64,000 nt of DNA from the NCBI GenBank assembly GCA_044892525.1, contig CM097887.1, forward strand, positions 109,718,397 to 109,782,396, read 5' to 3'. The notes beneath the pieces were generated by a model. It had not been told where the DNA came from. It did no database searches and worked only from the letters and a program-made list of their open reading frames with translations. The DNA comes from Schmidtea polychroa. Its lineage: Eukaryota. Made by a program: the position numbers and the translations under genes. The first letter of the stretch is position 1; each line of letters begins with the position of its first letter. Below are positions 62,003 to 64,000 of the stretch, in pieces.

Positions 62003-64000
62003 TTACAGTCTTGTCTCATAATATGATGGTGGTTGAAGGATAGTTAGTTGTCTCTCTTTTACACATATCAAGATGGTGATGATTATGAATGTTATTGATA
62101 AGATGAGAAAACCTGTTATTAAAATGTAAATGAGATATTCACAATAGTTGACTGTCAAATCCGAATTTATCATCATTAGTTTGTTTGAGTTAGGTTTTGT
62201 CGTCTCTTGGGTCGGTAATTGGAAAGGTGATGTGGTTGTATATGATTTTCGTTTCGATTCATTGATTGTCTTGACTTCCACGAAAACTGTTTGCCATCTG
62301 CCTGGATCGGTTATCCATCGCTGATATTTAACTGTTAATTCCCATGCCGTCTCTAAATCAGAAGTGTAAAGTGTAAAAAAATGATTACCGGCATCTAATA
62401 TAGTCAGGGATTTTTGTTTGTAGATAATAACAACTCTTTCATCATTTCCTGATTTTCTATATATCGTTACCGGTCCATTTCCAACACTCAGGGTTATACG
62501 ATTTGACTCGTCTCTGAGATAGATAGACTGGGTCTCACTCTTAAATCGTGACCATTGGTTTCTCACTACCGTTCCATTTTCGAGGCATATGTTCTCGTAG
62601 TAGTTTGCATTAACTGAATAATTTTGATTCATTTTCAATTTCTCGTAGAGGATAAATGATTTTCGCGAGTTAAGGGTGTCGACATTTAACCCTTGAAATG
62701 TGATTCGCACTTTCACCAAGTCCACTGGCTTCCAATATATATTGATTCCGTTTATCTCTGGTTCTATCTCGATCAAGTTTCGCATCTCTTTTGTGTGCAC
62801 TTCTATCGGAATTTGCGTGTACCACTTTGACATATTCTGTCTCAACAGCCATTGGTATTTGTAATTTGGCTTTAACTTTCGTACCGCAACTATATCTTTA
62901 TCATAATTCAGTTCTACCACTGGTGCCGTATTGTCTAGTAAATTAATAATTTCTATTTGGTCTGCGATCTCGCATTTACAGCTCCATACTATATTTGTTA
63001 GAGTGGAATATATATGTATTTTCTCCATTCCTCGGATTTTGTTTACCGCATATGGTAAATCAATCTTTTTGCCGCTCGCAACTGTTACTAACATCAGCAT
63101 TATTGCTACATATAATATCTTATTGATGTAGCTGACTGGTGTTGGATTTTTCGTGAATTTCTGTTTCAATTTTGTTTGACCCGTTACTTTATTCTGCTTG
63201 GATCTTAAGGGGTATCTAGATTCATCTTCCTCTGGCACTAGTTTACATCGATTTGCATGCACAATCATCGGGTTAGCCTTTTTACTCCTGAATGGTAATA
63301 ACTTCAAATTGGTTTCGGTGGTGTCGCACACTTTGTAGGGTCCTTTAAATGGTCTTTGCAATTTAGGCGATAAACCTTTGAGAGGTTCCGGTCTGTTCAG
63401 ATATACTAGATCTCCAATCTTTATGCCATGCGCATGTGCTTTTTTATCGTATGATTCTTTATATTTCTCTTGGTTGTGCTTTATTGTCAAACCGGCTTTA
63501 GTCCATACTGACTGCATTCTTTCTTGCATCAATGCTTTATAATCGGGTATCTCCATATATTGTGAAATTGGTGGTTGGAATTTGAGATCAATCGGCATAT
63601 TATTTTTCCTTAAATACATCAAGTAAAAAGGGGTCTCTCCTGTACTTTGATTTACTGCATTTCTGTAGGCAAACAGACACGGCTTTATGAAGTCGTCCCA
63701 ATCTTTCTGTTTTCGATTCACATATGATGAGATCATATTTATCAGTGTCCCATTAAATCGTTCCACCAATCCATCAGTTTGTGGATGATATGGTGACGTA
63801 TTCAATTTCCAAATTCCAAATAAGTCTGTGATTGATTTAAACATCTCGCTTTGAAAGTTCTTTCCTTGATCAGTTAACAATTTCTTTGGAGTACCATAGC
63901 GAAATATTATGTTTTCCACAAATATTCTAGCAATCGTATCTGCTTTTTGGTTTGGAATAGCGTATGCTTCTGGCCATTTGGTAAAGTAGTCACAAAAAAC
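62003..64000 (-). CDS. Element 2 pol C-terminus: integrase (DDE, GPY/F) fused in frame to an FN3-like type I membrane protein
   Basis: VFCDYFTKWPEA...LLTDQGKNF...YHPQTDGLVERFN...FKGPYKV; then ILYVAIMLMLVTVASG (63071-63118), FN3-like repeats, S/T stalk, TM and PPSY; no stop between the domains. Confidence 0.9.
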   Translation of the reverse strand, partial: VFCDYFTKWPEAYAIPNQKADTIARIFVENIIFRYGTPKKLLTDQGKNFQSEMFKSITDLFGIWKLNTSPYHPQTDGLVERFNGTLINMISSYVNRKQKDWDDFIKPCLFAYRNAVNQSTGETPFYLMYLRKNNMPIDLKFQPPISQYMEIPDYKALMQERMQSVWTKAGLTIKHNQEKYKESYDKKAHAHGIKIGDLVYLNRPEPLKGLSPKLQRPFKGPYKVCDTTETNLKLLPFRSKKANPMIVHANRCKLVPEEDESRYPLRSKQNKVTGQTKLKQKFTKNPTPVSYINKILYVAIMLMLVTVASGKKIDLPYAVNKIRGMEKIHIYSTLTNIVWSCKCEIADQIEIINLLDNTAPVVELNYDKDIVAVRKLKPNYKYQWLLRQNMSKWYTQIPIEVHTKEMRNLIEIEPEINGINIYWKPVDLVKVRITFQGLNVDTLNSRKSFILYEKLKMNQNYSVNANYYENICLENGTVVRNQWSRFKSETQSIYLRDESNRITLSVGNGPVTIYRKSGNDERVVIIYKQKSLTILDAGNHFFTLYTSDLETAWELTVKYQRWITDPGRWQTVFVEVKTINESKRKSYTTTSPFQLPTQETTKPNSNKLMMINSDLTVNYCEYLIYILITGFLILSITFIIITILICVKERQLTILQPPSYYETRL

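Larger units (their letters stand above)
55880..64000 (-). mobile_element. Gypsy-type LTR element 2 (3' part; continues beyond the window)
   Basis: Integrase DDE core, PPT, and a 3' LTR homologous to the element 1 LTR. Confidence 0.9.

Overview
Very AT-rich eukaryotic DNA with ~50-nt GT-AG introns and (AAT)n tracts, plausibly a triclad planarian (inference). Host content: a multi-exon ZC2HC1A gene on the minus strand (47048-25233, with a ~20-kb intron), an intronless Ser/Thr kinase, an intronless TROVE-like/vWA gene with one frameshift, a CstF-77/EF-1alpha chimeric pseudogene and a stray EAG-family K+ channel exon. There are also many DNA-transposon relics (hAT, piggyBac, Tigger/pogo, mariner) and old Gypsy fragments. 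The main signal is two related minus-strand Gypsy-type LTR elements. Element 1 (29434-39904; ~99% identical LTRs, tRNA-Trp PBS, PPT) reads as one decayed polyprotein: Gag - two [helical + ubiquitin-like] repeats - Bcl-2-like domain - internal signal anchor - chuvirus/gB-like glycoprotein - TM - PTAP/YPxxxL - protease - RT, so env and anti-apoptotic cargo lie between gag and pol. Element 2 (55880 to window end) has an uninterrupted integrase core fused in frame to a second, FN3-like type I membrane protein ending in PPxY, followed by a structured 3' region. All domain calls are by eye from motifs; no database search was run.
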